From assembly GCA_047967505.1 (NCBI GenBank), contig CM106538.1: a DNA stretch of 64,000 bases; one strand, written 5' to 3'. Origin of the DNA: Dipteris shenzhenensis. Lineage: Eukaryota. Positions within the stretch are counted from its first letter, which is position 1. Every line of letters starts with the position of its first letter. This document shows, one piece after another, positions 61,290 through 64,000 of the stretch. The notes under the pieces were generated by a model, which saw nothing but the letters and a program-made list of their open reading frames with translations, was not told the origin of the DNA and did not search any database. Position numbers and translations under genes: made by a program.

Positions 61290-64000
61290 GTCAACATGCA
61301 AAACCCCGGAGTCTGCTCTGATAAATTTAGTGGTAAAAAAAAACAAGACCCTGATAGTCACATTGGGCATTTTGAGACCCAATGGGTAGCAAGTGGTTTT
61401 GAAGGAGAGCTTGATGATGCCGTGAAGAAGAAATAGTTGGTAGCCACTTTAGTGGGCAAGGTGATGAGTTGGCTCATTCAATATGGTAGGGGACATTTTG
61501 TAGACCACGAGGCTTTAAAGCAAGCTTTTCGTGCACAGATTTGGCAAGAGAAAACACCATAAGCAATTCTCAAAAAGCTCTCACAATTGAAACAAGAGGA
61601 TCTATTGGTAGAAGACGATGCCCAGAAGTTTTGCAATTTGAACTATAGGCTAGTTGCCCCTCAAAGACTGGCTCGACAGCAATTGGGAGATTACTTTTGT
61701 AAGGGACTAAGTACCAAATTGAGAAGTGATGTTGCTGGAAGGGACACCCTGGGAGGAGCTAATGATTTTGACAATATGGTAGAAGCTACATAGCGAGTTG
61801 AACAAAGATTTGGCATGACAAAAAAAAATTCCAAGAAGAATAGAAGGAAGGATGCAAAGAATTCAGATTCAGACATAGATTCGGATGGGGACTCTAACAT
61901 AGACATTGAAAATGAAGATACGGATTTTGAGTCCTATGATGATGATTTGAATGATTTCCATAATGAAGACAAGAAGACCAAACGCAAAAGAAAGAAGCAA
62001 TCAAAGAAAGGGAAATCTAAAGAGAGCTCGAAGTCAAAGAAAAAAGTGAAATCCTCTTCAGGAGATGAGAAGTTAAAGAAAAAGGTCAAACAACATTTGA
62101 AAAGCATGGTACTATCAGAAGCCGCTTCATCTGAGAAGCCTAAATGTGAGTTCTATTATTAAAAAAACCATGAGAGTACCAATTGTTGGTATAATCCAAA
62201 ATATAGGGGGAGATTGCCTCCTCATATGCAAAATACAGGGGTAGTGACACAACCATCTATAGTTTATCAAGTAGGGGTGGATGATCCTGCTAACCAAGGA
62301 AGAAGGCAATCATATCAGAATTGGGGAAATCAACCTTGCGATAATGATGCTCAGAATTGCACATATTGTGGTCAAGACGGACATTAGCAAGGCCCAAGTT
62401 GTGAGTTATGGTGCAAACACTGCAATGAGAGGGGTATCCTGATTGTGTAGTACCAAACTCGATCACAAACACAAAATCAACCTCGACAGCCACCAGCTCA
62501 AGCCAATGATGTGCTTATTCGGTTGGAACAGAGTTGTTCGAAGGACACACACATGGAGGTGAAGCAACTAGTTGGGCATGAAGAGAATGATTTAGAGTCA
62601 ATGATGGCAGAGTCCTATGATTGTATGGGTTGCAATCAAGAAGGGAGGATGCCAGAGAAACAAAGATATCCAAGAGCACTTGCCATTACAAGATAGGGTT
62701 CTATCCCGGTTGAAAAGAAATTGCCTGTGGTTGCAGCAAAAGGTAAGCATCCAATTGATTGGAATGAGCAAAATAGAGTTCATCAAGATGTTCTTAAAGC
62801 TCTTGGTAAGCTGAAAGCAGGAAAGGAAATTAAGTGGGGAGTGAAAGATACCTCACAATCTCAGCCTGTAGAAAGAACGATTAATGTAGAAATACAGATG
62901 ATGGAGGAGAAGATCCTGCCTCCATGTGCAAAGCTAGCAGCAGTGAATAAGGAGGAACAAGTAAAGAAAGGTGACCAAAGTGAAGGATGTACAAAGGATG
63001 TTGTTGTGCTCAAAGAGTAGCATGGAAGCAAAAATATCGAGGTGCTAAAGGAGAAGACTCCTTCCAGAAGGTGTTGTCCGGTTGGTGAAATACGCAACAA
63101 ACCCAAAGTTAGCGATGCAGTAATTGTTTCATAGTTTGCTGAAGGCCCAAATGAATATTACATTAGACTAGCTTCTTAATTTGGTACTAGAATTCAAGGC
63201 GCAGTTCCTAAAGAGTTTGTTGGACGGTGATATGTACTTAATTGATAAGGCAAAAGAGGATGAGGAGGAGGTTTGGGAAGTTGAACTCGAAGTTAATTCA
63301 GCATAAATTGAAGATGTAGATTATATTGCTCCACTAATTCAGGTGGAATATAAATCACAAATCATATCAGAGGTCCTCTTGGATGGTGGGTCTGGTGTGA
63401 ACATACTATCGAAGGATCTTTACAAAAAAAATTGTCCCAATGAGCTAGAGCTAGTCTCTTTTCAGGTCAAAATGGTAGATCAATGGAGGGTCCAACCTCT
63501 TGGGATACTGAGAAACCCGTAGATTGGAGTTTGTGGTCTGACTTTCATGGTTAGTTTTGTTATTGTTCAAATGGAGGGAGATGATAAATCTTATTCCATG
63601 TTACTTGGCAACCTGTGGTTTCGAGTAGCCAAGGTTAATAAGCAGGATTAGGGAGCTGTTGTGATAGGGTTACTTTTCGTAAGGGAAAGAAGAAATTTAA
63701 AATGGCCATGGTTCCAACAAGGAGTGTTCCAAAAAGTGTTCAACCCTTGGTAGCTGAAGGAATTAACAAGGTGGCCAAAGTTGAAGATGATCAGGAAGAG
63801 TATTTTCTCAAAAGAAATCCCTCTTTGGTTCCAATTTTTGAAGTGGATGTGAAGGCCATAGTTGACCAACACAAGAAGAATGAATTGAGCAATTCTTTAT
63901 CAATGAAGTATTGTGGTTCTAAATTCGGAAGGAAATAGTCCGAAAGCAAAACACAGGAAACACAAAGAACATAAGTCAAATGAAGTAACTATAGAACAAT
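61290..64000 (+). mobile_element. Ty3/Gypsy-type gag-protease region, degenerate, running off the window
   Basis: DKFSG...DPDSHIGHFETQW, YFCKGLS, an acidic/Lys-rich tract, Cys/His knuckles, and protease VLLDGGSGVNIL...YSMLLG. Same protease style as 32347-36130. Confidence 0.82.

Noticed and set aside
61815-62162. Acidic/Lys-rich nuclear host protein
   Set aside because: It is the linker between Gypsy gag core and zinc knuckles, flanked by stop-riddled TE frames.

Overview
Eukaryotic land-plant nuclear DNA; the long TE-filled introns and TE types suggest a large-genome fern or similar plant (inference). Two host genes are supported. (1) The last three coding exons of a UBP25-like ubiquitin-specific protease (+; 2504-3606, 3749-3883, 16081-16207). 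Its last intron is ~12.2 kb, probably GC-AG, and packed with nested TEs. (2) A complete compact 4-exon peroxisomal sterol carrier protein 2 gene (-; 44290-43372, 129 aa, PTS1 -AKL). Most of the rest is decayed mobile DNA. This includes a TSD-flanked non-autonomous Copia element (5745-11200) whose 5' LTR carries a solo LTR and a hAT-type MITE, several Copia and Gypsy fragments, L1-like and RTE-X-like LINE remnants, a degenerate SWIM-type MULE transposase, microsatellites, local duplications and hairpins. The most interesting signal appears only after splicing across the giant intron: the UBP C-terminus closely resembles ENY2/Sus1, the SAGA DUB-module/TREX-2 adaptor, suggesting a deubiquitinase with a built-in ENY2-like domain. 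All homology calls come from remembered motifs; no database search was run.
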